Positions 1 to 13,900 of a DNA stretch of 64,000 nucleotides are shown piece after piece; position 1 is the stretch's first letter; every line of letters starts with the position of its first letter. The stretch is from NCBI GenBank assembly GCA_043228905.1, contig JBHGNT010000010.1, positions 19,344,001 to 19,408,000 of the forward strand, read 5' to 3'. The position numbers and the translations under genes are program-made. The stretch is from Azolla caroliniana. Lineage: Eukaryota > Plantae > Polypodiophyta. A model generated the notes under the pieces. That model did not search any database. It was not told where the DNA came from and saw only the letters and a list, made by a program, of their open reading frames with translations.

Positions 1-1465
1 TGTTCGTCAAGTACTATGTCGACTACAAGAATATGGTCTCTACGCAAATTTAGAAAAGACTTGTAGTTTCAGCTAGAATCAAATGGAATTTTTGGGGTAT
101 GTTGTATCATCAGATGGTATTTCTATGGACCCCATGAAGGTCCACACAATTTTAGATTGGTAGACGCCCCTTTCAGTGCGCGATGTGCAATGTTTTCTCG
201 GATTTGCAAATTTTTATCGGAAATTTATTAAAAATTACTCGAAGGTCGTGCTTCCACTCACTCAACTCACACACAAAAATCAACCATTCATATGGAGTTC
301 AGATGCAGCCAAGGCATTTGAAAGTTTAAAACGGGCGTTCACAACAACACCTATTTTAGCACATTTTGACCCAACAAAATGCTTCATCCTTGAAGCTGAT
401 GCATCCGACTTTGCACTAGGGAGTGTCCTATCATAGACTGAAGATGACAAACAGCTACATCCCATCGCCTTTCATTCCCAAAATTTTGAAGTTGTAGAGA
501 TCAACTACAAGATACACGACAAAGAACTTCTTGCAATTTTGGATTCTTTGCAACAATGGCGACATTTTTTAGAAGGTTCTTCTCAACAGATCATTTTCTA
601 TAACGATCATAAGAACTTGACCTATTTCCTAAATGCTCTAGTCTTGAGTCAGCAACAAGCCCGGTGGGCACAATTGTTTACTCGCTTCGACTTTGTAATC
701 ATATATCGCCCTGGGATGGAACAAGGCAAAGCAGATGCTCTTTCAAGACGCTCTTATATGGAAATTCGTCCAGGGGAACCTACATTTGAGCATAAAAAAC
801 AAATTCTTTTGGGTCCTAATCGCCTACGATTAATGACAGCTAATGCCATAACAACACTTGAAGATTCCACTCTTCTTGATTCCATTCGAGATCATATCAC
901 CACTAATGAATTCACCCGATTGTGCTTCTTACTCGCAGTCGAAAAACCCTCATCATGACTATTGTCAGTTCTATTGGCATGGTGGGTTTCTGTTTCGACA
1001 AAACCTATTGTATGTTCCTGATGGTCCCCCACGACTATAAGTTTTACAACATTGCCATGACACACCGATGGCTGGACATTTTGGAGTTCGCAAAACTCTA
1101 GAATTAGTTTCTCTACAATATTGGTGGCCCCGCCTTCATCATTTTGTTGAGGAGTATGTTCACAGTTGTGATACATGTTGTCGATCAAAGAGTCATCGAC
1201 ACCGATCCTATGGCTTACTACAACCACTTCCCATTCCTAAATATCCTTGGATTTCATTACCGATCTCCCAATTTTTAAAGGTTTTGATGAAATTGTCACG
1301 GTGGTCGATCGACTTACCAAAATGGCGCATTTCTTGCCATGTACGGTCTATTACTAGTCAAGAGGCGGACGATCTAGTTATGTAGGAGGTATTCAAGTAT
1401 CATGGTCTTCCGAATGATAATATTAGTGATCGTGGTCCATAATTCATCTCAAAGTTTTGGAAGCA
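1..1465 (+). mobile_element. Degenerate Ty3/Gypsy LTR-retrotransposon pol fragment (RT end, RNase H, integrase)
   Basis: Motifs occur in Gypsy order, broken by stops and frameshifts: [15 protein letters not shown] (RT end); [27 protein letters not shown] and WRHFLEG (RNase H); GHFG..KTLEL..YWWP..CDTC (integrase zinc finger); SDRGP.FISKFW (integrase core). Confidence 0.95.
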
Positions 1466-3282
1466 CATGTTCGACAAGAGTTATGTCAAGAATTGGATGT
1501 TGATTTTGAAGAAGCTGAGGTGGAAAAGGTATTGTTACACCTTCCAAATAGTAAAAGCCTTGGTTGGGATGGTGTTACAAATAAAGTTTTTAAGACGTAT
1601 GCTAGTATGGTTAAGAGTTCATTCACACAAATGTTTCAACAATGTTGGGATTTTGGTTTCATGCCTAAGAGCTGGAAGGTGGGCTTAATCAAATTGATAC
1701 CAAAGGTACCATCTCCGGAGTCATTTCATCAATGGAGGTCTATTTTATTGATGGGAGGGTTATACAAAGTGTTTGCAAAGATATTATCCAAATGTTCAAT
1801 TGATTGATTGGATTGGTAGTAAATTGAAGGACAAATTTATGTATTGGAAGTCTCAAATATGGCCCTTACATGTACTACTCAAAGTGGTGTAATGTATCTT
1901 GATACCGATGTTATTATATTTTTTGCCTTTACTACCTTGGACTAAGAAGGCATTACAAAACATGTTACAACCTATTCGGTTCATGTTGTGGCAGAAGGGA
2001 GAAATGATGGGAGTTACATGGATTTCATGGGACCATTTGGCTACTCCTAAAAGGTTAGGTGGTGCAGCAATATTGGATTTGGAAAGGCATTTCATGGCTC
2101 ATAGATTTGCATTATTAGGAGATATATGTCAACAAGATCAACCATGGATATCTATGATGCAATATTATATTGGGCATGATGGATTGGTGCACGGGAAAAC
2201 AAAGATTCAAGTATCCTGGTGGTCATTACTCAATGGAAATATTCCTCTAAATGTTCGACATTATGTATGTGGACAGGATTTGGTAAGATCGTGGCAAGAT
2301 GCATTATCTCTTTTTGAATGGGGACCATCAAGTGATCGAGAATATTGTAATTCATTACAAGATGAATTGCTTGTTTCTTCTCGAGTGTTGTTTTGGCATG
2401 GGAAAGAGAAGTTGAGATCTCAATTCAATCGTTTATTTCGATTGGGGATTGTGCATTTGGAAGATGTTGTTGATAATGAATCTCAAAGGTTGTTGGATTT
2501 TGAAGATGCCAAGCGATGGATATGTATTCCCCCAAATTATGGATTTATTTGGGAGAAATTACAAGATATACCATTGTTGCAAGGACCTTTGCCATTGAAA
2601 ACAAATTTTGCACCTTAGGTGGATTGGCTATTACAAGATGGTACACACTTGTTACAGGTCACTACAAATATATTGTATCATCATGCGATGGCATCATTAT
2701 CTTGGCTATCTCCTAAAGCAGCGAAGTGGTGGAATGTATGTAAGTCAGATGCAAGGTGGTGGAAAATATTACAACATGGTTAGCATTCACATCTACCATT
2801 TCGTGCAAAGGTATTCATATGAAGAGTCATGATTAGTGGGCTCCCATTATGTTCGGCCTTAAAGAGATGAGGACTAGGGTCTGACACTTCTTTCTTTTGC
2901 AACGTTCCATTGGAGGATAGTACACATATGTTCACTAAATGTCCTATAGCGTGTACCATTTGGAAGACCTTATTGGACATTTGGCAAGTTTTAACCTGTT
3001 TTTGTTTGAGACCTCAACAATGGGTTTGTTTATGTTCAAAATGGTTCAAATGATGAGATGGAGATATTGTTCCAATTTTTACGTTATTGGGGTCTACAAC
3101 ACAATTGGAATATGTGTAATGCTTTCATGTTTGATAATAGACATGGGGTGAAAGCCTATATAAAGAAGCTGAAAGGTATTCTCATGTGGAATTTTTGGAT
3201 GTTAGAGCACGTGGGGATCATTTCCTCAAATGCATATTCAGGTTTTTTAATTGCATTACAAAACGTCCCTCTCCCTACATAG
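1466..3282 (+). mobile_element. 5'-truncated, internally deleted L1-like LINE ORF2 remnant
   Basis: Contains LPNSKSLGWDGV and WKVGLIKLIPK..WRSILLMGGLYKVFAKIL (RT start), WISWDHLATPKRLGGAAILDL, and a zf-RVT-like C..C...EDSTHMFTKCP near 2890-2945. Multiple stops. Confidence 0.9.
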
Positions 3283-3367
3283 GCATATGATAGGTAGAGG
3301 CAACTAAGAAGTGTTGTAGCTAAATGGATTTTATATACAATTGTGTATTTTTACCAAAGAGAGAGAA

Positions 3368-3384
3368 GGGGGGGGGGGGGGGGG
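3368..3384 (+). repeat. Poly-G tract
   Basis: Run of about 17 G read directly from the sequence. Confidence 0.95.
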
Positions 3385-3854
3385 AGGTAAGATTGCCCAA
3401 TGGAGACAAGAAGATCATGGGTTCAACCCCTACATTCCACATTAGCATCTAGTAAATTAAGAGATATGTATGGAGTAATAGAGAGTTGAGAAAATTCGAT
3501 TTCGAACTCAAGGCGAGTGCTAGGAATCTAACAACTTGCCACTTGGGCAAGCTAATTGTGATAATAATAACAAAAGACACAATATATCTATGTGTCTTAT
3601 GTATGCATGCATGAGAGTGCCAATATTATACATTTCCAAGAGAGTAAAACTTCATTTAAGTAAAATATGACGTAAATATTATATTATAACGAAAGGTGAA
3701 CAAAAGTCTTAAAAGTTGTAAAGTCATACTCTTTGATGATTTTGTAATCTAGTGTAACGTTAAACGGAAGATGAAATTTAAACAAAGTTCACTTTTCAAT
3801 AATAAATTGTGTTAAAATAACAAAATAATATTTGAAAAGAAGGGAATTAAGCGT

Positions 3855-4180
3855 TTTCATGATTATTCCAAAGAATAACTTAGAGGGATTGATATTTCAA
3901 GTGTAATAAGAACTAGACTATGCATATTCCAAAAATTAGGTTTTGAAGGTTTAGATTCTCAAGAGTAGCCAAAACTTGATATCATTTTAAGCATATTCTG
4001 AAACTAAGGAAGGAGATTTCCAAGTTTAATCACAAGTTGGTATAGAATTTTAGCATATTCTAAAAGAATAACTGAGCAAGGTTGAGATTTTCGAGCTTAA
4101 TTGTATTTATCTATTTCTCAAAGAACAACGAAGAAAGGTTGAGATTTTTAATCTAATCTAACTTGGTTTTGGAATTACTT
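3855..4180. repeat. Degenerate tandem repeat, about 60-65 bp unit
   Basis: Recurring GCATATTC(C/T)AAA..AAC and GGTTGAGATTTT motifs. Confidence 0.55.
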
Positions 4181-4876
4181 CCTAATTATTGACAATGGTA
4201 CTATTGAACTAGAAATTGTCTAATGGCACATGGTTTCGTGAGATTCCACAACATTTCTAAAACACACAAAAAAACCATGTGCCTTTGTAAAGAAAAAGAA
4301 TACGTAGTTATAAAGAAAAAGGGACAAGTTTTGTACAAGAATTCCCAAAAGAAATCAATACACCAATTAAAAGCTATATGCAATAAATTAGTCATTGATA
4401 ATGGGATGACGCATGTGAACATAAAGAAGGGGGGGTTAGAATCTCATGTGAATGAATATAGAACATTGTGAAAGTGGGTATAAATAAAGTTGCCATGCCA
4501 TAAGCCTAGCATTTATGTCAAACAACAAATTCTCTAGTTCCGAATTGAATAAAGGGCTTGTGTATTTGTGTGAATCCAAATGGGGGAAGTAGAAGGTGTG
4601 AAACCTAGGCTTGGGAGTGGAACAATCGATGTGCCCTTAACAATTCCACATAGAAGTAGTAATTGTTCAATTGCTTGGCCTTATCTATCTCGTAGCTAAG
4701 CCTTACCTGAATTGAATTATTATTTTTTTTTCCAAAAAAAAGATACTACATTAGTATTAGAAAACCGCCATAAGGCTAAACATACAAGCTATACCGATCC
4801 CCTATATTTTTCTAAAGTCTAACCATTGGCTTGAATAAACACTTTGGTGTTGAATTTGATTGTAGATAGCTATGAT

Positions 4877-4970
4877 TAAGCTAGTTATGTCCAAGAAGAC
4901 TTAGGTTGTAAGTAGGTAAGTGTGAGTTAACTTAAGCTAGTTATGTCCAATAAGACTTTGGTTGTAAGTA
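4877..4970. repeat. Tandem duplication, about 55 bp unit
   Basis: TTAAGCTAGTTATGTCCAA.AAGACTT.GGTTGTAAGTAG occurs twice. Confidence 0.85.
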
Positions 4971-5434
4971 GTGATGTATGATCACACCCGACTGCGTTGG
5001 AGTAGGCTCCCAATTTGACCAAAAGCATTTGCATATCGTACATTTGCCCTTAAACGTATTTAGCATGTACCAAATCCTTGACCCTTTTGGTATCAATGGT
5101 TGACAAGACTCTTGTCATTTAACTTACCATCATTTTAGTTTTCAACTTTGCTTTTTCATCTAATGTGCATGTTATTTTGATTCCCATGTGATAAACCTAA
5201 ATTTACTATGGTTTCCTCCCTTTGCACATGCAACACCACAACACCATGACCCAACCACATCATGACATTAGTTGATGCATGATCCACCCATGAAGAATGG
5301 CAAATTGTTTGAGATTGGAAAGTCTATAAAGTCATATGAAGCTGGGAGATTAGAAACTTCTTAAAGTTTCTAGAAAATCATCATGAAAAAAGAGTAGTAA
5401 TTATCCCTCATTTATATTTAGATATTCAAGCTTT

Positions 5435-6110
5435 ACCAATAAGGTAACTTCAAAATCATTGTTATAAAGTACTTGTAGGGGATTGGATGAGGTCCCATGG
5501 TGGGGAGGCTAGTTGCAACTTATGTGGCCACGCTTTGGAATCAGTCCCTCACTGTTTCTGGAACTGTGCAGAGGCGATTAACATTTGGGGTAGAAGTCTC
5601 AAGAACGTGGTAGCTTGCAATGTGAATGGGAAAGTTGTGTGGGGGTTTTTTCAGGGTCTGAAGTTAACAAGGAAAGGCTGGGCGGAATAGTTAAATCCAC
5701 GAGGTCATGGATTTATAGTGCAAGGTAGCAACGTATTCCAATGTGTTGGGGTGAGACCTAGCACAAACTCTGCATTTTTTTAGGAGATATGGATGATGGT
5801 GGTGTGCTTATCAGTCTAACACATTTGGACCACGCGTTGCAAGTTTGTTTTTTAGTAGCAAAAGCTCCCAAGTGGTGAAGTGTTGCTAAATATCTAGTTT
5901 GAGCTGGTATCCTAGCTACGCGGACGATATGACTCAATTCAAGGGGAATCAGACGATGTAGTAATGGCAAGGTCAAAGTTTCTACTGAAATGGGATGGCT
6001 CTCCTATGATGGTCAATTCTTCGACAACACCTAAATGGAATTACCAAGCACCCAGATAGATGTTTCTGCCAATAGTTATATAGAATGAGCGGGAATCGAT
6101 ATGTTTTAGC
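5435..6110 (+). mobile_element. LINE 3' fragment (zf-RVT region)
   Basis: ORF 5487-5690 reads CNLCGHALESVPHCFWNCAEAINIW, a Cx2C...HxxxxC zf-RVT motif typical of plant L1 ORF2 ends. Confidence 0.75.
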
Positions 6111-6145
6111 TCTATGTATAAATTTCTTGAAATCACATGGTCTTC

Positions 6146-6185
<40 letters not shown>

Positions 6186-6397
6186 CGGCACACGCGTGAG
6201 TGTGTGCATGCATGCATGTCAAGGAACCTAAATATACTAGGGTGGTCAGCACTATGCGCATCATCCACCTCTTTGACCTTCAGTCATGACATCATTGATT
6301 GTGTATAGTGGAGTTTAAATCTATACAATGAGCCCGAATGATCTATTTTAGCTCTATGTATAAATGTCTTCCCATTTACAATCACACGGTCTTCTTC

Positions 6398-6430
<33 letters not shown>

Positions 6431-6515
6431 ACATGCATGCATGCATTCATGTCAAGGAACCCTTCGTTCTATACAAACATGTAACCTAAATATACTAGGG
6501 CGGTCAGCACTAGGT
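6085..6515. repeat. Imperfect tandem duplication containing (TG)n microsatellites
   Basis: TTTTAGCTCTATGTATAAAT...AATCACA.GGTCTTCTT(TG)n...CATGTCAAGGAACC...AACCTAAATATACTAGGG.GGTCAGCACTA is present at about 6085-6260 and about 6327-6515. Confidence 0.9.
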
Positions 6516-7612
6516 ACATCATATCACACTCGTAGTCAATAATATGATAGAACCATGTAAACAAAGGAATACATATATACTTAAACTAGACAATGATCAT
6601 TATTCTATGAGTCGACTTAGGATATTGTGATCCAATTGTGCAGTCTATGTGGAAAGCGTGATGATGTCTTCAAATTAGCATGTGAACAATTAGCAAATCT
6701 TATATAGTTTTACCAATATAAGGACACTTCCTATTGTAATCTAGGTTTTTTGTGAGAAATTTGAAGTGAGCATATAGCCAAGAAGAGCAAAATATGTTCT
6801 AAAAGGCATTTGTGAAGCGCATCACTCTAGTGAGAGAAACTGGCAAAGGAAATTCGAACATAATGGATGATGCAATGGAGAACAACTTGATGTTATTATT
6901 TTGTAAGTGACTATAGTTTTGACACCTTTTAGTGGAAGCAAGCATAAATCATTTACTAAGATGTTGGCGTGGTCCAAAACCAAGTTGTTTTACCCTACCT
7001 GCAAAATGCACGGATGACTTGGGATAGCTTAATTATCAATAACTACATTGTACATACCTTGCTGTAAATGTAGCAAATTCTTGTTGCTACTCAACCCAAG
7101 GAAATTTTCCATATTTCCAATCTCCATGAATTACATTGTAAAGTTATATTAATCCCCTCCTAAATAGTAAATACCAAGTTCAACGGATGATTGCACTTCC
7201 AACTTCCAAGTAGTGGGTGGTCCTAAAAAGGCATATGTATATTAAGTTGTGTTGTGCCTTTTCAACCCATTGGCATTTTTTCCTAATTCTCTTACAAAAC
7301 AAAAAATACTAGTATAATTGCTGAAAACAACATGTTATGTACTTTATTTTATTTCAAATTAATATGCCACCATAAACATTGTGGCACCAAGCTTTAGTCA
7401 TCGTGATACTTCTCAAACTATAAGGTGTAAGGATATGTTAAAAAAATATGTAGCACATAACTCCATATTCCTCGTTTTCTATTTGTGCATTGTATCTCAT
7501 ATGTGGCAAATTGCAATATGAGGGCTTTATGTTTAGATGTCTTCCTTCAGAATAATATTCAATACAAGGGAGAATTTCTCTATTGATTCCCAACCCCCTA
7601 AGGAGCCATAAA

Positions 7613-7772
7613 AAAAAGTTGACATGTATTAGTGGCAAAAGAACATTGTTGATCAATCTATAAAGCACAATCAATCCAAAATATTGAGGTCATAAAAAAT
7701 GTTGACGTGTATTAGTGGCAAAAGAACATTGCTGATCAATCTATAAAGCACAATCAATCCAAAATATTGAGG
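7613..7772. repeat. Tandem duplication, about 82 bp unit
   Basis: GTTGAC.TGTATTAGTGGCAAAAGAACATTG.TGATCAATCTATAAAGCACAATCAATCCAAAATATTGAGG occurs twice. Confidence 0.95.
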
Positions 7773-10700
7773 TTGGTTGACCTCTCAATCTCAAATTATG
7801 ACTATCAAACACAAACTATTTGCAAATGTATAACTTTCTCATAATATGTGTAATGCAAAGGTATACATTTCATATCTAGTTGTGACCATATCATTCGTTT
7901 GGTTCTAAATCAAAGGTATAATAATTATGTTGGCATTGTATGGTTATATGGCAGGCCATGATCAACACCACAGAATTAAGTTAGTCTGCATTGAAAGAGG
8001 TTGAGTCCTATATTGTCCTTGTTACTAAATTGATGTTATCATCAACCAAAATGATGAAGAAGTGGACACAAAACCATTAAATGAATTGGATTTGGTAACC
8101 TTAAATGAAGCTCATATCTTGGTTGTTATATATAAAAATGTCGATTGACTTTTCAAAATCCAAGCCAACCTCTACCCTTGTCTTTTTCAAGAATGCGAGG
8201 AAAAAAGTTGGCATGAATTTTTAATTTGATGGTTATGTATTAAAGAAGCCCAAGTATTATAGGGTATAACCTAATGAGTAAGTGAGATAGAGACTAGGGT
8301 ATAGCCTTACGAGTCTAAAACACAATTATAAAAATACTATTGACGGCGAAAGCTGAAAGTTTAAAAACCTTACCTTGTAGGCTTAAATTTCTCAATCTGC
8401 CTTCATGTTTGGATCAGATTGATTTCAATCATTTTGGCTTGTTTATCATTATTGCCTTACTTTTCTAGGCGTAGAGAAATACTATGATTCACAACTGAAA
8501 TGCCTTAGTCATGACTCACATTGAATACTTGTCAATATTTTTAATTATTAAGACCTAATCACACAAGCAATGTATGTCAAATGTCACATATTGCATATTT
8601 ACGTAAATTTCCTTAATAAGAAAACTAGAGAATATTTAAGGCTTTGAAAAGGTTCATAATCTTATTCTCTAGTTTTCTCATATATGTACCTATTTGACAT
8701 TTAAGGTGTCACAATAACATGTGAATTTCTTAAAGTGTTAGTATCTTATTTGGGGAAGTTTGGTTATGGTGTAATGGTGTGACCCATGAGTATTGAATCT
8801 AGTGAGTGTGCAATAAGTGTTTAATATTAATGATGAATCTCTACTTGATCTCAAAACAATTTCCCTTCTTTCACGATTCTTCGAATTTTGTTTGTGACAA
8901 TTGTAGCAAATCCCCTTTATTCCCGCCTAAAAACAATGATGCAATTTTGTCAATTAGTTAATTGTTGCAAATGGTCCATAGCCCTTGAATAGGTTTCCAT
9001 CTATAATAGTCATTGATTGAGACATTAAGTTTATCGGATAATTTTAGTTGCAAGTTGTTCTTTATAAAGTAGAGATTAATTCGAATTTTATGAATTGACT
9101 AATTGGAAAGAGTAAGTTCACTAATTGGAGAGAGTACTCTGCTTACATTAAAGTTATCACACAATAGTGCAAAACAACAAATGAACAAATGTTTAAATTT
9201 GATATTTAACCACGACAACCCATCACCACGGCAAGGTTACATTAAGGAAAATTTGCAAACATTCAAATATATCACAAGTTCCAACCCCCCAAAAAAACTA
9301 CTTCCATTAGTTAAGTCAATGTACATAGGATAATATACAACTCATATCTTACAGGCCAACGGTGCTTTTGACTTTTGGAAGCTTCCTAAACATGGTGAAT
9401 TGTTTTCTTTCTATGGAAAGACAAACCAAAAATTAAATTTCCCAAGTTTGTGGTTCCTTTACAGTTCATACAAAAAATGGGCAGAGTTGCTTTTCGAGAG
9501 CTAAAGCTATCAAGACAATATTTCACAAACTCAACTTTTGCTTCATTGTGTAACCAAGCTTTAGAATGCAATAGAGGATGATATTACATGAACGGAAATG
9601 TCTACACAAATATCTTATAGTCTATAGACACCCTCATGGTACCTCAGAAACCAAAATTGAATTCACTACGTAAGCAAGCTTTTGATGTTGTGGGACAAAT
9701 GACTTCCTAAATTCATCAACCTATTATTATCCAAACTTTATTGCCATTGTATCTAAAGGAAAGAAATACATCCAAAAGTTTATTATCATGTTGTATAAAA
9801 TGTTAAATTGTTTATTAGGACAAACTTTTCCCAAAGGGGATAGTTACTACATCGTTAACTCTAATGAACATACTGCTAGGATGAGATATGGTCTAGCCTA
9901 GTGTTGATGGAAGATCCACTTCTACAATTTGTCACCAGAATTGTAATTCTATGACCAAAAAACAAGAAAAATCATCGGTCGTCGAAAAACAAGCTAGAAA
10001 CAAAATGTTAGAAGAATTTGGCCATTTCCAATGTATTTAGTTCCTTCATCCTTACAAGTTACATTTGCATACTTTTAAGACGTACTTTAGCATGTCTTTA
10101 TATTTGTAAGCCAAAGAAAGCAAATCCTTGGAATAAGTTTTATAACTAGTTTGGTGGGGTTTTGCCATAAGTTTTATTGTAAGTTTGAACCTCCACATAG
10201 TCTACACAAGTCCCTATCAAGAGTTTCAGACACATACAAGATTATAAGTTGAACATTCAAAAGCTCAAGGAACTAATATCTAGATCTAGATTGTAATTCA
10301 TGTATTAGGATGGAACAATATTTTGATATCCTCAATTAGATCATGCAAGGTTGGATATGGTTCACTTTTTTGAACTCTTTATACCATTGTTCTCACTTCT
10401 TCACAAAGATTGAGATATTATATTTGAGGATTGTTAGATTGTCTAGACTTTGGTCATGGAAATTCATACACGTGTATGAAGGAGTTAAGGGGTCAAGGTA
10501 TGTCTAGGATACCATAGAGATGTGTTGGGTATCCCTATGCATGTAGCCATGTGTGGGGCATGAGAATGAGGCTCAAATTTTATTGGATGGAGATTAAGTG
10601 TCATTGTTGTTAGTAAAGTAACATGTGACTCTAGTAGTCTTGTATTGATACTAGGGTTACATATGTTCTCCTTTTAAATGGTTGTGGCATCTCATAGAGT

Positions 10701-10872
10701 GGTTGTCTATTTTCTCGTTTTGCAAGGTTGTGGGTCGTGGCATCTCATTCTTCCCATGTCTTCAAATATTCTAATTCATGAGGATGCCTCCTCATTTTTT
10801 AAATCACTATTATACAATTCAGTAAAAATCCCATGTAATTGATTGTGCTTGTCTTCTTAAATGCAACCATTC

Positions 10873-10949
10873 TTGTTACGAGCATGACCATATAATATCC
10901 TGTGGTGAGAATGTACCGTGGATAAAGTATATGGTCATGCTCGTAACAA
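10873..10949. repeat. Perfect 22-bp inverted repeat forming a hairpin
   Basis: TTGTTACGAGCATGACCATATA (10873-10894) is the exact reverse complement of 10928-10949. Confidence 0.95.
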
Positions 10950-13900
10950 TTCCTAGCCCTATTTTAGTGGGAGATTTGATGATCCATGGAAGCAATTTAA
11001 TTATTCCAAAAATGATGTGTAAGTGTCGAGATCACATAAGCTAAAATAAAACAATTACTAAACTATGATTCAAAGAGATCACCGATTAAAACTAATACAC
11101 ATCATCAAACACATCACGTAAGTTGATAAATTTACCTCTTAGTTTTATCCTCAATTATCCTTGTCCCTTGACTTTACACATAAGTTCCTAACAATAACCC
11201 CAATGCACAATCACATGCACTTCTAACGTCCTCCATTCACATGATGCATTCCACTATCCAACACAAAGATATATTGTTGATTAGTCCATACTATTCCTTT
11301 CAAGAATGCAAACTCCACGATTTGTATTTTACTATTTTATGTTTCCTTGAATTCTTCGCCTTTTCCACATCTTCAAAAGCATTGTCGAATCTCCTCAAAG
11401 CATGTGATGCGCTACTGCCCTCAATTTTTATTTTGCTTCAAACCACATAGATTTGTGCAACGAATTAATTTGATCTTTTTAAAAGAATGTACGCCATTTT
11501 AAGAAGTATTGTCCTTGGTAGACTAAAATTAGGGTTTATCATCTAGGAAAGAAATATTATGCAATGATAAGAACATGACACTTTAGACTCTTATTTTCAC
11601 TCATTGCATATGGAAGAAACTTTTTTTTATCAATAAAATTCTTCTAGAAGACCATATTCTTGGAATGTGCATAAAATACATTCTCTTCTAAGTCAATTTA
11701 TGTGTTGTCCTAGGAAGAAATCCCAAATGATAACAATCTATAGCCTTTGCATTTAAAGCCAATGCAATTGGATATTGAAGTTTGAACAACTTGCAATATA
11801 TTATTTTAATCTCCTCCAAAACATATATATTTTCTAAGTGTTTGAACTTCATATTTGCCTTTTGTTGATATTATCAATATACATAACGTGAATGAAGAGA
11901 GATAAGATTGATTTCTACATTATTTTATAGTGCTTATCATTAAATGGAGACATACATAGATGTAAAAGAATGTGTGCAATCACATGAAGTAACCATGAAA
12001 TGGGTTTAACTTTCCGAGTTTATCATCACTTTGAACAATACTTTTCCAATATATTAGATTTGATCTATCAAACTGCACGTCTACGAGCTTTAAAAGCAAA
12101 GATTCATGGAACACTACACATTTTGAGGATAAACATTTATTTAATCACTCCTTAGGCATGTACATTGCTCACATAACTAGGGGGTGCTTTGTGTATGACA
12201 CTAAAGATCAATTGTGTATTGGAAATGCCCCTTTGATTAGCTTGGTATTTAGAATGTTTCTATTATGTCCCGATTGAGAATTGCATGGTGTAAAACTCAA
12301 TAATAATATCAACTCATGAGATATTCACTACTTAAAAGTATTCCAAATCATAAAGTCGTAAATTTTCTCCAACATACATTGAATGATGAGGCAACACAAA
12401 ACCCATAATGCTTGAATGATGATTTTGGGGTTGTAAACTCATTGCAATGCCCGATATAATGTTTTAGACTTTTTCTAAATATGTCACATTTTCAGAAGTG
12501 TGTTGTGTACCGTTCACTAATAACATTATACTTTTACTTAACACTTATTTTGTAACTACAAACATTAGCTATATAGTGTTGCTTATATTTGTTTGATTAT
12601 CACTCATGAATAAGGAGAGTTGTAGAGCTGACATTTATAGACACTAGGTAACTAAATGATAAGCACAACCTTTTATTTCCTATAATGATGTCCTTCATTT
12701 TGAAACATGCATTATTACTTGGAGCCCACCTACCCTTAACTTGGGATTCACTATGCATTGTAGTATGATGTGAGAGTGATTTTTCCTTATGGTAACATAA
12801 GTTTTGGAATGATCAGGAATCAAGATGTCCCCATTCTCCTTTCTAGGAACAAGTTCACATATAATACATAATGCAAGTATGCCATTTTTTAATTGAAAGA
12901 TGTCTTAGAATATAAATTCGTGAAGAATGAATGAGATAGAGATACGAGGTTCAATTCACTAAACTTGTCATGATGTTTTTATAAGATTTTTTGTCACATA
13001 TGTGGCTATATATACATTTTTGTGTGAATACTTGTAAATTTGAAGAGAACTTCATATTGCATTTCAAAATTGTGAATATTTTCCGCATAGACATTGACAA
13101 TGATAATTGGATGTGAGGTATTGCTCTTTAGCTCTCATTTTCATTATGTATAAATAGTTTGATGTGAAAACAAGATTGTGCATAGTGTGTTGAGTCTCTT
13201 GTGTGCATTGTGGATAAAAGAGGGAACCCTATTATTGTGTATTCAGAGTATTATATAAGAAAGTAAATCTCAAACCCAAAATTTATTCAATGTGGTCTTA
13301 GTTGTCAATGGTGTGGCCCATGACACTGGAATTGTGCCCATATTAGTAGACAAAGATAGATTTCCAAGAGTTTAGGTATTGCCTTACTATTTGGAGTATG
13401 TAATTGTGAAGGGTTGAGTAACTACTAGTGAAACGTTTTATGAGAATTTGAAGGACAAAGGGCAGCCTACCTTTGTATGGAAATTGATACATGCATGTGA
13501 GGATTAGTATAATTTTTAACAAATATGCATTGTTGTAATTATTTTAAGGAATGGACCTATGCATATCATCTATTTCAGAGTTAGAAAATGGCTGGGTTGG
13601 TAATGTTGATGTACAAGGGTTTTTGGTGTATCTGGTTGCAAGTAAATGTTGTGTATAGGTGTAAGGATGTTGTTAAGACTCACGAGTATATGAAAAGGGT
13701 GCTTTGTCAAAGGATCTACCTAGATTGGCATAAAGTTATTGTGGTTAGCTTGCATGGTGAGGGTTAGACTATTATTCAAGAGTGCAGATGTTTGAGTTGT
13801 GAAGTGGCTAGAGTAGGCCGAAGGAAATAACCCAAAGTCCACATGCAATGCAAGCTTTTGTTGTAATTTGAGGATACATGTGTGAATTCAAGACTAATGC

